DNA of 64,000 nucleotides from Eledone cirrhosa. Its lineage: Eukaryota. Positions 25,386 through 42,869 of the stretch are shown piece by piece (positions within the stretch are counted from its first letter, which is position 1; each line of letters starts with the position of its first letter). The notes below the pieces were generated by a model that was not told the origin of the DNA, did no database searches, and was given only the letters and a program-made list of their open reading frames with translations. The position numbers and the translations under genes are program-made. The stretch spans positions 365,800,001-365,864,000 of the forward strand of contig OZ024743.1 in NCBI GenBank assembly GCA_964016885.1, given 5' to 3'.

Positions 25386-25960
25386 TATATATATGAATTT
25401 ATATATAGTGTATTTTGCAATACACTTTATGCTTAATTAAAAGGATTTTGAAGACCGTATGCTATTGTTTTAGAGTAGTGACAGACTCACTTACTTTAAT
25501 TTCAGCAAACAGGGGGAGATAAAGCTGACAAGGCCTTGTTTCTGCATTTATTGATGCTTATCAAAGCCAAGTACTCCCCCGTTTGCTGAAATTACGGATG
25601 TTATTTTCTTATAGAATTCTAGTAAATAATCAGGAACTGATTATACAGAGCGGTTGCCGGTCAATCAGAAATTAAAAATTAGAATTGGTGGTCTGAAATA
25701 GCCATATATATATGAATGTATATATAGTGTATTTTGGAATACACTTTATGCTTAATTAAAAGCATTTGATAAGCATCAATAAATGCAGAAACAAGGCCTT
25801 GTCAGCTTTATCTCCCCCTGTTTGCTGAAATTAAAGTGAGTCTGTCACTACTCTAAAACAATAGCATACGGTCTTCAAAATGCTTTTAATTAAGCATAAA
25901 GTGTATTGCAAAATACACTATATATACATTCATATATATATGGCTATTTCAGAGCACCAA

Positions 25961-25966
<6 letters not shown>
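25386..25966. repeat. Fold-back element with about 175-bp inverted arms and partial direct repeat
   Basis: 25386-25565 versus 25765-25940 inverted. 25704-25765 directly repeats the start of the left arm. Internal 21-bp hairpin arms at 25498-25592. Confidence 0.85.
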
Positions 25967-26023
<57 letters not shown>

Positions 26024-26101
26024 TATATTATATTTTGAGATTAAACTCTTAGTCGTTTACAATTAATCAGCTCCAAGAAAGAGGCATTTCTGAGCAGTTA
26101 A

Positions 26102-26764
26102 ATACATGTTATACATTAATATATATGATAAACACAAAACGTGTTTGCATTGCAACAGACAAAGTTGGCTGGCAATGAAATAAACTAATTAAAGTGAATA
26201 CAATTTGTCTGTCTCGATATAAGTCAATAAAGACAAGCTTATATTGGCAAAAGCCGTGATTCCTCAAAATATAATATAGTATATTGCTCCTTAACTGTAG
26301 AGCTGATCTTTAATCCCGTATAAACGGCTGTTATTTCTAGCACCGGGAATGCGGGACGGCTAGTTTGGCTGGCTACAAACACGTGTAGTCAGACCTGCAA
26401 CATTTTTGAAGGTGGAATGTACTAATTTTACTGGATTCCTGTTGATAAGCACAGAAGATTTGGATATTTCCCTTTTTATTTCAATTCCATTTCGATTATC
26501 TTTATTTTTCAATTCATGTACCATCGTTGCGAAACATATTTGGGTTTCGAAGTTCAAATCCATTTACGGAGCGGGTTTGGATTTTGAAATTTAAATTTGT
26601 CCAGGAATCACGGCTTTTGCCAATATAAGCTTGTCTTTATTGAGTTATATCGAGACAGACAAATTGTATTCACTTTAATTAGTTTATTTCATTGCTAGCT
26701 AACTTTGTCTGTTGCAATGCAAACACGTTTTGTGTTTATCATATATATTAATGTATAACATGTA
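26102..26764. repeat. Inverted repeat, about 160-bp arms
   Basis: 26102-26263 versus 26603-26764, near identical in inverted orientation. (TA)n on the right. Confidence 0.9.
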
Positions 26765-26864
26765 TATATATATATATATATATAAATATTATATATATAT
26801 ATATATTATATATATATATATATATTATATATATATATATATATTATATATATAAATATTATAT

Positions 26865-26896
<32 letters not shown>

Positions 26897-26905
26897 AATA
26901 TTATA

Positions 26906-26943
<38 letters not shown>

Positions 26944-26953
26944 CATATATATA

Positions 26954-26993
<40 letters not shown>

Positions 26994-27243
26994 GCGATTC
27001 TTTGCTTAAACTTTAATCTGTTATTTTAATAAATATTTGCTCTACGGTTCTTATATATTTGATATATATTTTCCTTATCGAGCCCTCTTTGGATTTTAGT
27101 CTTCAATTTTATTATTATTACTATATAAATATTATATATATATATATATATATATATGCAAAAGTTCTATTTAAAATTGTTGGGATACAACAAGTAAATA
27201 TTTTTATAACTGATATAAAGCACTCGACAAGTATTTGGAGTAG

Positions 27244-27713
<470 letters not shown>

Positions 27714-27805
27714 ATATATATTATATATATATATTATATATATTATATATATATATATATTATATATATTATATATATATATATATTATATATATTATAT
27801 ATATA

Positions 27806-27867
<62 letters not shown>

Positions 27868-27890
27868 TGTATTTATATATATATATATAT

Positions 27891-27994
<104 letters not shown>

Positions 27995-28042
27995 TGTATA
28001 TGTATATATATATATATATATATTGCAAGCGTTGGGAGTGAT

Positions 28043-28082
28043 CGTCCTGACGAAGGCCAGTTAAGCCTGAAATGCATAGACG
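28043..28082 (+). ncRNA. Type I minimal hammerhead ribozyme
   Basis: CGTC-CTGACGA-AGGC(CAGTTAA)GCCT-GAA-ATGCAT-A-GACG. All stems are Watson-Crick and stem III is palindromic. Confidence 0.93.
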
Positions 28083-28203
28083 GTTGTCCCCCTTGCTTCT
28101 GCCGGACATCACCAGAGGGCGTTAGCCCCCCGGTATTTGCATAGCTACGGCTTCCTAAAACCGTATTTCTTTGGAGATACGAAATATTTATACATATATA
28201 TAT

Positions 28204-31378
<3,175 letters not shown>

Positions 31379-32097
31379 AAATATGAGAAAAACGTTGCGT
31401 AATTCTTTTCTTTCGCACCCTTGGTCTGGCAAGTCGCTTTTTTTCTCTCTCTCTCTCGTCTACGATTTCACAGAACTTACCTTCACCGAAAACACAGATT
31501 AGATCCCTTCTTCCTCCCGTTAGACCTGTACGGAATTCCTTCCTTTCTTACATTCCAACCAGGTTTGATGGTCTTTATTCTCTCTCGTTCACGATTTCAC
31601 CGAATTTAAATTCATAGAAATTTGGGACTTGACTCCTTCTTCCTCACTTTCTGTTGCTTCACCATTTTGTTTGTTTACAATCGCGTTCCCTTTAATTACG
31701 TGTCCCAACGACTTTTTTTAGCCGTTGCTCGCACCAACCGGAGGTATATGGTCTTTAAAGCGATGAAATACCAATGATGGTCGGAAGATCACTGATGAAG
31801 GACTAACTTTATTCATATATATATATACATATATATATATTAGAAAGTGAGGTTTTTTTTACAAAATGAAAAATAACCGAGGTGTCCTACACGAGTGAAA
31901 GTATAAAGAAAAAGAGATGAAATCGAAAATGCAACTGGAGTCTTATTTTTTTTTTTAAATATATATATTTGGTTCCTTAAATATATATATATATTTTTTT
32001 TAAATAAGACTCCAGTTGCATTTTCGATTTCATCTCTTATTCTTTATATATATATATATATATAAGTCTGAATGAGCTTTAAACCAATTGGTATATA

Positions 32098-32145
<48 letters not shown>

Positions 32146-32353
32146 GAAATCATTTCCTACCATATTCAAAGAATACAAAATGTAGCAATTAATAACATAA
32201 TCACCCTAGGTTTCAATATTCTTGTAAAACAGACAGGAAGATTACATATAGAATGCCTTTCATCATAGGTCAGCTCTAGAGCTAATTATCATCCTCATCA
32301 TTATCTTCATCATCATTATCATCATCATCACCATCACCATGTTCATCATCATT

Positions 32354-32397
<44 letters not shown>

Positions 32398-32698
32398 TTT
32401 CTTCGTCACCATCATCACCAACAACAACAACAATACTAAAAAGAACACAATAACTAAATGTAATCAAACTAGATTCCATGTTATTATACATATGACATAT
32501 TTTTGATAGGTATAAGTAGGTACTTATGATTGTCTTTTATATAGTTAAATACTCTTTACAGTGCAATTTTCCCTACATCGCTATAATATTTGGCATTCCC
32601 TAAACCCTATTGTATTGAAGATGATGGCGAAATGAAGCGTTCAAAAACATGCACGTACATACCTATATGTAAACATGTTATACGTTTGTGGGTGTATT

Positions 32699-32782
<84 letters not shown>

Positions 32783-32924
32783 ATATGTTAATTGGAACAT
32801 TAAATAACATATATAAATGTAATACAGTTAATAGTTCTAGTAATAGATTAAACTTATTAACTAATAACACTTCCACAAATAACAATGTAATTCTAAATAA
32901 TCTTCTGATAAAAATAAGCGTTAC

Positions 32925-33107
32925 TGTCTTCTTCGCCCATTTATTCCTGAAAGGGGCGTGGGGACAGAGTCTTCAAACACTCCTTCCAGTGGGTCCTGTC
33001 AGAAACAATCATCTCCAACTGATCCGGCTGAATCCCTAAGCGAGATCAGCCAAGCTCATGGATGTTATCCAACCATTTTCCTCGGGATCCACCCCTGGGT
33101 CTCCTGC
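32925..33107 (-). mobile_element. RTE 3' tail fragment
   Basis: Reverse complement matches the tails at 43640-43800, 51409-51511 and 56030-56142. Confidence 0.7.
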
Positions 33108-33300
33108 AGGATGTAACTGTAGAAACCCAACTGCATTCCCACTTAATGGTAACTGCCTTAAGAACAACGTTGTTTACCAATGTGCTGTATCGATCACGCC
33201 GCTTCAAAAGAATTCTATATTGGCGCAACATCCAAACGTTTCTAATCCTGTTATTACTCCCATTTGAATTCTTTTAAGAACGCTATTCATCAGAGGAATT
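33107..33300 (+). pseudogene. PLE GIY-YIG relic
   Basis: GCNCRNPTAFPLNGNCLKNNVVYQC, then after a frameshift FYIGATSKRF..YYSHLNSF. Confidence 0.8.
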
Positions 33301-34189
33301 GCTTTTAGATATGTCCCACACTGTATAAAATACCTTTATATCTGTTGAGAGGAGAAAGTCTGAATGAGCTTTAAACCAAATGGTATTAATAAATGTTTAA
33401 TGCATTAATTTGTCTAGCTGATTCAATTGTGACTGATATCTCGATGCTCTTTCTAACAGATAAGATGTCGATCCTATTTATATTTGGCCTCGTCATTAAA
33501 CATTTATTAACGCCATGTGGTTTGAATCTCATTCCCTCACAACAGATATAAAGATATTTTGTAGTGTGGGACATATCTAAAAAATTTCCTCTGATGAGTA
33601 GCACCTTGTCTTCCGTTGGCTTTTACCGGAATCGATAGTTGGTAATCTATAATTGATTGCTTAGATCGATTTCCACTAAGCTGACGTCTCTTGGAACTAT
33701 GAAACAGTACTGTCAGGAAATCTAGCTTTTTCCAACTTAAGTTTGTATATTTTTTCCTGAATATTATTTGTATTATATATGTGTACAAAATACTATGTTT
33801 CCCAAATGTTATATGACACAAGGCCCAAATTGACCATATCTCCAGATTGTAAGAGAGATCAAAATTGTGATCTAATCTTCAGGCGATTAAACGAGTTTTT
33901 AAGAAACCATTAAATGTATAGCGTGCTAAAACGTCAGTTTACGAACAAAAAGTATTATAACAAAGGGAATTAACTCCAAGGTGCAAATTTGAAATACCGG
34001 TGTTAGGATGTGTGCGGTATAGCAGATATATATGGTGTTATGTGGTTGCATGTAATATAGAGAAGGTAATATTTATTAAGTTGTGGAGTAGTGTATTATA
34101 GAAGGTGTACTGTATTATGTAAGTGTGGGAAAAGAAAGAGAAAGAAACGATATTAAGAAAGTATATAAATCAAAGTAAGGTGGTTGAAT

Positions 34190-34400
34190 ATCATTTGAAT
34201 TTGTTGAGATGGAGGCACCCTCTAAAAATCTCGTTCTTTGAGTTCAAATAATTATTGTTCGGAAACAACAACCCCTGTAACATTCTAAATTTCTTATGTG
34301 AGACCTTTTTCTCCATTAAATGCCAGACATTTTTGCTAGAGCTGTACTGGTTCTCCTATCAGGATATCTGAAGGAATGAAGATACGAGTAAAAAAGGTGT
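34190..34400 (-). pseudogene. PLE GIY-YIG C-terminal relic with inverted UTR duplication
   Basis: Reverse complement RFKHLFYSYLHSFRYPDRRTSTALAK..VWHL. 34043-34103 is inverted at 34571-34631. Confidence 0.65.
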
Positions 34401-34681
34401 TTAAAACGATCTTCCAACATACTAACTTATATATATATATATATATACGATAATTTTCTCTATTCTTATATTACGCTCTTTAAGACTTTTGCTTTCAATC
34501 ATCCTGACTTTACACAATGTCTCACCACATTGGAGTACTTTGACTTATAATACCTCAAGCTTATCCATATCTTCTATAATACACTACTCCACAACTTAAT
34601 AAATATTACCTTCTCTATATTACATGAACCACATATGATATGTATGATTTAAATGGATACTTCCATTTATAATTCAATTCG

Positions 34682-34737
<56 letters not shown>

Positions 34738-34912
34738 AATACAATATCGGAGAAAGCTTTTTAGCGATACTCCGGCCAAATTCCAACTCACTCAACAAAC
34801 ATTAGGAAATAAGTGATTATATTCCCAATTATGTGTTCGGGGTGCTAACTAAAAGTATTGCGTGGAAAATTGGCTGTATTATTTCAAATGAGACATATCT
34901 AATATATCTCTT

Positions 34913-35039
34913 CCCAGACGGACGTCTCGTTTCATTATAGGACTCCTACAATTTGGGTGAAATTATACCAGTTTATGTAGGAGCTTGTATACCATCAATA
35001 GATATATATTCAAGTGGGCTCCTATAATTCATCAGTGGG
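34913..35039 (-). ncRNA. Type I hammerhead ribozyme with branched stem II
   Basis: Reverse complement: CCCA-CTGATGA-ATTATAGG...CCTATAAT-GAA-ACG(AGA)CGT-C-[CGTC duplication]-TGGG. GUC triplet. Confidence 0.85.
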
Positions 35040-35273
35040 TTCCCCAATAATACTAATATTGATAATCTAACCAACATCAGCATTTAGCGATAATCACTTT
35101 CAGTGCCTGAGGTATCTGTCAGGTAGCCAGTCCAGCAGTTCTGAAAGAAGTGCTCGAACTGATTCAATATTACTATATATATATATATAGTAATAATAAT
35201 AAATTTGAAAACTAAAATCCAAAGAGGTCTCGATAAGGATAAATATATATCAAATATATAAGAGCCGTAGAGC

Positions 35274-35408
35274 AAATATTTATTAAAATAACAGATTAAA
35301 GTTTAAGCAAAGAATCGCTGCTTTCACCCTTAACGGGATCTTCTGAAACTCCCGTTAAGGGTGAAAGCAGCGATTCTTTGCTTAAACTTTAATCTGTTAT
35401 TTTAATAA

Positions 35409-35412
<4 letters not shown>
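35274..35412. repeat. Palindrome of a recurrent ~60-bp tail repeat
   Basis: Arms of AAGGGTGAAAGCAGCGATTCTTTGCTTAAACTTTAATCTGTTATTTTAATAAAT. Other copies at 26993, 37270, 49317, 49496 and 49578. Confidence 0.9.
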
Positions 35413-35466
<54 letters not shown>

Positions 35467-35645
35467 TATTTCCGTAGGAAGGGTAAAGGAAAGGAGAGTG
35501 CTCTATGTAAGCTACAGAGCTATTTAGTTATGTAATAAACAACATAAGACATTTGGATACTTATATATCCCGAAATGCGCTTATGTTTGTATACTCACGC
35601 ATGTATATGTGTGTGTATGTATGTGTATCTATGTGTGTGTATGTA

Positions 35646-35718
<73 letters not shown>

Positions 35719-35973
35719 ATATATATGTGTGTGTGTATGCATGTGTGTATGTAAGTGTATATGTACGTGTGTATGTATGGATGCATGTATGAATGTATAT
35801 ATATGTGTGTGTGTACGTATGTTTATGTGCATGTGTGAATATAAGTATATATGTGGGTAGGTGTATATATATACGTATGTGTGTATATATATATATATAT
35901 TAATTTTCCCCATGACCTTACGTTCTATTTTCCCATTATTTTATTTTATTTTATTTCTCATCTTTATTTTGTA

Positions 35974-36078
35974 CTAGCTGAGGTACCCAGCTTCGCCAAG
36001 GTTAACAAATGATAAGACCTGCAAAAGAGAAAATGTCTGTATTGAACGCATTGTCTTGTTTACAATGTGTGTGTGTAT

Positions 36079-36127
<49 letters not shown>

Positions 36128-36141
36128 ACCTGTGTGAGTGT

Positions 36142-36198
<57 letters not shown>

Positions 36199-37642
36199 CG
36201 TGTGTGTGTGTAAACCACCGTTGGAATCGGAGACATAGGCCGCGAAACACGATCATCACTGACAACGAACTCGCAGTGAGAATCCCTTATGGTTTATTCC
36301 CAACCTGCTAGAAATAACAGTCAGGTTGGTTAGCATACGTGGTATGTCTTTCTTCTTCTTTGGTGTTATAAAATTAGTATCAATAAACTTTCCTGGATAT
36401 ATTCTTATCCCAATCCTGTACATACTTTCCGATTGTCACTTTCCGTTTTTTTTTCGTGTGATACGCGAAGGAACCAACCAACAAACATCTCTCTTTTATA
36501 TATCTTTTATTTATTCATTCAAAATATTTTTCAGCTAATTCTGTCGTATAATATACATCAGCAATCGTTATCTAATGTTTAAAACATATCTAATGTTTAA
36601 AACATAATGTTTAAAACATATAGCTGCGATATATGCACCATATCAATCAAAAACGACATGAGAATTGAATACCATACCAGTAAGAAACTGCAGATAGAAA
36701 TGTTAATAAATACATTTGGCTTGGGTAAACTTTAAGATGTTCTTTCAGTGTAGGTTTCTTTTCTCAGCCAGTACGTTAAAGAAAATTGATAGTTACAACA
36801 ATATAGGTTAAACAGAGAACAAATTTTTTAACAAACTTTACAATTATTTGTACAACCATAATGGAAATTCCAAGTAACAAAAAATACATAAATTACATTG
36901 TTAGAGCCTCAGAGTACACAATATTTTTTGTTCGGCCCTCGGGAGCAAATATGAAGAGATTGTTTGCCGAGCTCACCCTAGAGCATCCTACATACAATTG
37001 ACCATGGTTTTTCCAGATGAAGGCCAGCCACTTTTAGGGTTTGACCCTGAGCTTTGTTGATGGTAATCTCGAAGCTTAGTCTCTCTGTTGCTCTAGTAAC
37101 ATTTTTTCTTCTGGAAAATCTGATCTTGCGGCCAGGCTGGGACTTTTTGGGTGGCATCTCGGCAGTAACAATGACGATAAGCCCTCTGTGCTTTCGTGAA
37201 ATAAATACGCTTGTTTATATTTTGTTTTTGTGTATGCAAAAATATCTGTACACGAATATATAATTATGTATATATATTAAAATAACATATTAAAGTTTAA
37301 GCAAAGAATTGCCGCTTTCATCCTTAACGGCATCTAAGAAAATCAATCTGTGAACGCAGAACTAAATATTTCGAAAAACGTTGCAACCGAAAGAAAACAG
37401 GAAGATGATACTTTGGTTCGTGAAGACTTTAGGAATGTCGCATAACCGGAAGTGTTGACATTTTAAAGAAATGAATATTTAAATAATGTCTTAAATCTTT
37501 TAACAAAATTCAGTAGACAAAAATACCCTCACTTTCTTACTTGGAAAAAGTTACATCTATGGTGCAAATTTGATGCCGTTTGGTCCAGCCGCTTGGCGGT
37601 AAGTTTGTTACTTACATACGGCCGTCAGCTTTATAGTATAGA
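35974..37642 (-). mobile_element. Internally deleted Helitron
   Basis: Minus strand A|TC...hairpin-CTAG|T termini. RepHel remnant 36893-37157: MPPKKSQ.. fused to a PIF1 helicase C-terminus (ITINKAQGQTLKVAGLHL, GQLYVGCSRV, TKNIVYSEAL). Contains secondary insertions. Confidence 0.88.
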
Positions 37643-37715
37643 TATCAGCCTCGCTTTCAATTGCTTTAGCCTCTTTTTTTAAAATTCATATCTTACGTCC
37701 ATATTAAATTTTAAT

Positions 37716-37788
37716 TTTCATTCTGATGACCGATTTCAGATGTCTGTGTTTAGCACGTCTGTCTTCGTGAAACCTTTGGTAAATGGAA
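37716..37788 (+). ncRNA. Type I hammerhead ribozyme
   Basis: TTTCATT-CTGATGA-CCGA..CAGATGT/ACGTCTG..TCGT-GAA-ACC(TTT)GGT-A-AATGGAA. 7-bp stem I, GUA triplet. Confidence 0.88.
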
Positions 37789-38412
37789 TAATTGCCTTAT
37801 GTTGTTTATTACATAACTATATATATATAACTATATATATAATATAAGTATATACATATGTATGTATATAAATATATATATATGTACATACATATATGCA
37901 TACACACACATACACGAACACACACACACACATATATATATTTTATATATATATATATAAGTATATATATATATATATACTCAAGTATATAAATATATAT
38001 AGTTGTTCATCTAGTTAATTAGGATTATTTGTTGACCATAAAAATCTCATTATAACGTTTTTTTTTTGTTTTTGTTTTCAATTTCATTTCAACATGCTTC
38101 TATTCTTTCTGTCATTTCCTGCATCTTCCCCGAAGTATCACCTAACGAGTTCTATTTTGGGTTTGCGTCCCGTCGACACACTATATATAAACATGCTCCG
38201 CGTGCATAACCTTTCTGGCTTTCACCCTACCAGGAAATGAAAGCAATATGATTTCCGCGAAATTTGACGATGTATTTTGGAGTAACGAATTGTTTTAGTA
38301 TCTCAAGTAAATATTTTCTAAATATAGTGTCAATGCATAAGAATATAAAAGATTTACATGAAAAAATATTTTGGTGTGTTATTAAATGAACAACGTTGAC
38401 AAATGAGAGAAT

Positions 38413-38478
<66 letters not shown>

Positions 38479-38482
<4 letters not shown>

Positions 38483-41045
38483 GGCGGGTAAAATTCCCGA
38501 AATCCATGGACGAGTTCTCTCCAGCGGTCTCTGTCCCTCATCATCGCTGCCATGTCCTGCGCCTCCAAGAGACCAATGGCTGTCTTTAGGGCATCAACAT
38601 ATGTCAACCTCGGTCTTCCTCTTCTAGTGTGTCCATGCAGGAGCTCCCACATGAGCACTGAGTGCAGTGTCAACTCTGGATGTCGGTGAGCATGTCCAGC
38701 CTGCCTCAGTCTCCTCTGGGCTACTCTCGAGCTGACTTTTGGGAGGCTCCCGTACAGCTTGGAGTTGTTCACCCTCAGTGTATACTGATTAATGTTCAGA
38801 GCCATCCTCAGCATTCTCGTGTAGCACCCATCCACCATCTGAGTGAGTTTCTTGGTCAGTGTCCAAGTCTCAGACCCGTACAGCAGCTCAGACTCCACTA
38901 CAGCAACGAAGATACGGATCTTCCGGTCTTTACGAAGGTCCGACTTCCACACCGATCTGAAACTGTGGCACGCCGCCCAGGCTTTACTCTTCCTCTCGAC
39001 CACATCATCTTCTGTATTCCAAATCTTTGCTCCCAAATACAGGAAGTCCTCAACCAATTCTAGCGGCTTCCCGCCTATATTAGTAATCTTCTCTGGCTTC
39101 TTAATATTCTTTACCAGATACTTCGTCTTAATCTCATTCATTCTCAGCCCCACACTCATCGACACAGTTTCTACCTCCTGCATCAACTCCTCTGCCTCCT
39201 TCACTGTGTTTGTCACCAGAACTATGTGTCGGCAAATTCAGCATCCGTTATCTTTTTCGCCTTAACTCTCCTGCTCTGAGCCGGTGTTACAGTAAAGCCA
39301 GAGTCCTGGTGTTTCTCTAACGCAAGGCGCATACAATAGTCCACTGCGATGATAAAATGGTGGGAGCCAATGTGTCTCCCTGGAGCACTATCTCAAAGAG
39401 CTCCGTCATACCATCAGGTGTAATGACTTGGGCTTTGGTGTTGGTGTAGAGCAGTGATATCAGGTCCACTATCTTCTTGGGGATGCCATAAGCCTGTAAG
39501 ATCTTCATCAGGCAGTGACGGTCCACAGAATCAAAGGCCTTCCTAAAGTCAATGAAAACCATGACAGCAGGAAGTCTCTTTGCTCTAGCTCCCTCTAATA
39601 TCCTCCTCGGCATCAGGATGTGACTGGTGGTTGATCTACCCTCTCTGAAGCCGTTCTGGTTGTCCCTGAGCTTCTCCTCCATCTCGGGCTGGATACTGTT
39701 AAGAATCATCCTGTTGAGGGTCTTTATCACAAGTGACGTCAGTGAGATCCCTCTGTAGTTGTTGGTGTTAGAGAGATCTCCCTTCTTTGGCACTGGGACG
39801 ATGTTACTGATCCTCTACTGATTCGGGGCAACTCTTTTCTCCAGTGCCTGGTTACAGAACCTCAGGATGATATCATCAAAATCACACCTCTTCATTACCT
39901 CTGATGCCACTCCATCTTCTCCATGAGCCATGTCCTCCTTGATCTTCTTCTTGTCTCTCTGAAGCTCCTCTCTGGTGAAGGGTCCTATCTCAATATCCAG
40001 TTCCTCAAATAGCCGCCTGGTCTCCTCAGTGTTCTGGGCTGTGGAGGGCGGTTTCCTAGAAGAGTCCTAAAATGGTCCAGCCATTTCCTCTTCCTTTCCT
40101 CGGGCCCTGTTCCCTGGATCTGACTCGAACATCTTCTCTCTTCCTCTCTGTGATCTCGTTGATGATTATCCAGTTCTCCTTACACCCAGACCTGCCAACC
40201 GCTCTCTCCACACTTCTGATCTTCTCTAACAACGCCTCCTCTTTGGCCTCAGTGTAAGCGGTACAGAGTTCTTCCTTCATCACCCCCATATGCTCCTTCG
40301 TCTCTTCTGTAGGATCAGCATAGAATTGGCCCTTGGCAGCTTTCAGATGTTCTCTGGCTGCACACACGTTTGGGTCAGCAGATTTGACGTGCTTCCTCTT
40401 CTTTCTCCTCGACACCAGGGTCTCACTGCATTGGTGAAGTACCCGTACATGCTCGTCACACTCTCCTCAGTCCCTCCAATCTCTCTCTCCTCTGCCTCTC
40501 CACACAGAGCACTGAACCTGTTCCTCACTTCTACTGTGAACCTCTTCTGTAGCTTATCATCTTCCTTGAAAGCTCCCCAATCATAGATTGCTCTCTGGGG
40601 CTGAGCCTTACTCTTTCATATGCTTACCCGGACCTCACTCATAATAAGCTGGTGGTCACTGTCCAGTGTACTGAAATAGTTGTATGGTTCTGTGTTCAGA
40701 ACACTATTCTGCCACTTTTTCCTCACCAGTATGAAATCAATCTGGGACTTGGACAGGTGCATATCTGAGATGTAGGTCCACATCTTCCCCGGATTCTTCC
40801 TAAACCTTAGGTTGGTTGCCATCAAGTTCGCCTCCAGCAGGGTGTCTCTCAGTAGTCTTCTATTTCGGTTGGTGTTGTTATGGAAGTACCAGCAAAGATC
40901 TTCACTGCTCTCCTTACTCAGATGTGCATTGAAGTCCCCCAGAACAAGCAGGATGTTGTGAGCTTGTGTGGTGTTGACAGCTCTACACAGCTCATCGTGC
41001 AACTCCTCCGCACTCACATTACTGTCTCCCTTGCGGGAAGACAGG
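38479..41045 (-). mobile_element. RTE-clade LINE, 5'-truncated and degenerate, 3' end in (TA)n
   Basis: APE remnant (LGDFNA, QIDFIL, SDH). RT motifs YRGISL, QNGFREGRST, FIDFRKAFDSV, LQGDTLAP, FLYLG, LLYGSETW, GRPR. Confidence 0.9.
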
Positions 41046-42115
41046 TATGATTTCCCTCACCAATAGATTGTTTTTTTATATCTTTATACTTGGAAAACAC
41101 TTTATATTTTCTGTGGTTCATTGGATAATGTAGTCCAATATAATATACCATATGCTTGAATAAGAGATGTGTCGATGGCGGATAGCATGCCTTTCGTCAT
41201 AGCTCTGCTTGATCGGGCTGATCTTAGATTAAAATCTATGTTAAAATTATACGTTTAATGACAATTTGTAATCAGCTAGCTAGAAGTAACGAGATTTCTG
41301 CAGAGGAAACCTGAAAAGGAAAGAGGGAAATAGGCAGCCAACAATGAATGTAAACGTTTTTATGGCTTAGTCAGAGAAGGAAGACAGTTGTTATGGCCCT
41401 TTCTTGGATAGCTGAGACTATTGTGATGGTGTAAGAAAGGTATCTTCAAACAAAGTATCTGGGCTGAATACTTGCATTAGAGTGGACTCTGTTAAAGAAA
41501 TCCATGTGCTAAGTTGTGATGGTAAACCGATCGATTGCATCTACTATCCGATAATCGATAGTGAGATTTGAACTCAGAACTCAAGGATGCGCATCAAATA
41601 CCGCAACTCTTACAATTCCGCCAATCCATTAACTTGGAGAGGTACTGTATTTCATAAATTCTAGAAGAGTGAAAGACTAAATTGACCTTGGCGGTTTTTG
41701 AACACAGTGTGCATGAAAGCCGAACAAATACCACAGGTTATTTAGCCTTTTATTCTAACGATTCTCAACGGTATGTACATCTTAAATCTTGTAAAACACT
41801 TTGTATTTTCTCTGGTTCTCTAAACATCTTATTAAGAGGTTTATTATATTTTCAAACCACTGTTCCACACCAAATGCTAAAAAAATGAAAAACAAATCAG
41901 TGTGGAAAGATGAAAGACACACAGTTGCAATGGAATTGATATCGTCAAATAAATCTACAACCACAATCTCACGTGTTTGTAACGTATATGTTGATGTGTT
42001 TCATCAATAGGGTTGAAGTTATTTTGCTAAATGTTTAATTCAATACACAGCTGTTACGTGCACATAAACATACATTCACACATACTATTAATTAGTCTCT
42101 CTCTCTCTCTCTTCG

Positions 42116-42147
<32 letters not shown>

Positions 42148-42302
42148 CAGTTATACTTTTAGCAAACGAAATAATATTCCTGGTGTAAGAGTATGTAATT
42201 TATGTAATTTAATAAATGGATTATTTATTATACACACATATATATATATATATATACTATATGTACATAAATGTGTATAACGCTATGTTAGAGCACCAAC
42301 AG

Positions 42303-42357
<55 letters not shown>

Positions 42358-42361
<4 letters not shown>

Positions 42362-42546
42362 GTTTCTACTTTAGGCACAAGGCCAGCAAATTACCCAGTA
42401 CATTACTGGTACTTTATTTTATCGACCCCGTAAGGATGAAAGGCAAAGTTAACCTCGGCGGGATTTGAACTCAGACTGTAAAGGGACGTAACTATGCTAG
42501 AAAGCATGGCGTCCAACCCTCTACCGATACTGCCAATTCACCGCCC
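42358..42546 (-). mobile_element. tRNA-derived SINE (family A)
   Basis: Full-length reverse complement of the family A consensus, inserted in (TA)n. Confidence 0.9.
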
Positions 42547-42869
42547 TATATATATATATATATATATAATATCCGTTGGTGCTTTAACATAGCGTTATAC
42601 ACATTTATGTACGTATATATATACAGAGAGGGGGGATGTGCACGTGTCGCTGACGTATTTTGTATTAGGAGTCGATTTGAAGTTTAGTTCTTTAGTTTTG
42701 TTGTATTTACTCCCCTCAAGTGCTACAAACACACACATGCACACACATACATACATGCATATATACATACGTACATACGTATATACATACATACATACAT
42801 ACATACATACATACATACATACATACATACATACATACATACATACATACATACATACATACATACATA

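Noticed and set aside
33281-33605. CTGATGA motifs within diverged inverted arms (33281-33400 / 33495-33605)
   Set aside because: The inverted repeat is real, but no correctly placed stem II plus GAAA follows, so it is not called a ribozyme.
33790-33885. Minus-strand CTGAAGA...GAAACATAGTA
   Set aside because: Stem I and stem II pairings are unconvincing.
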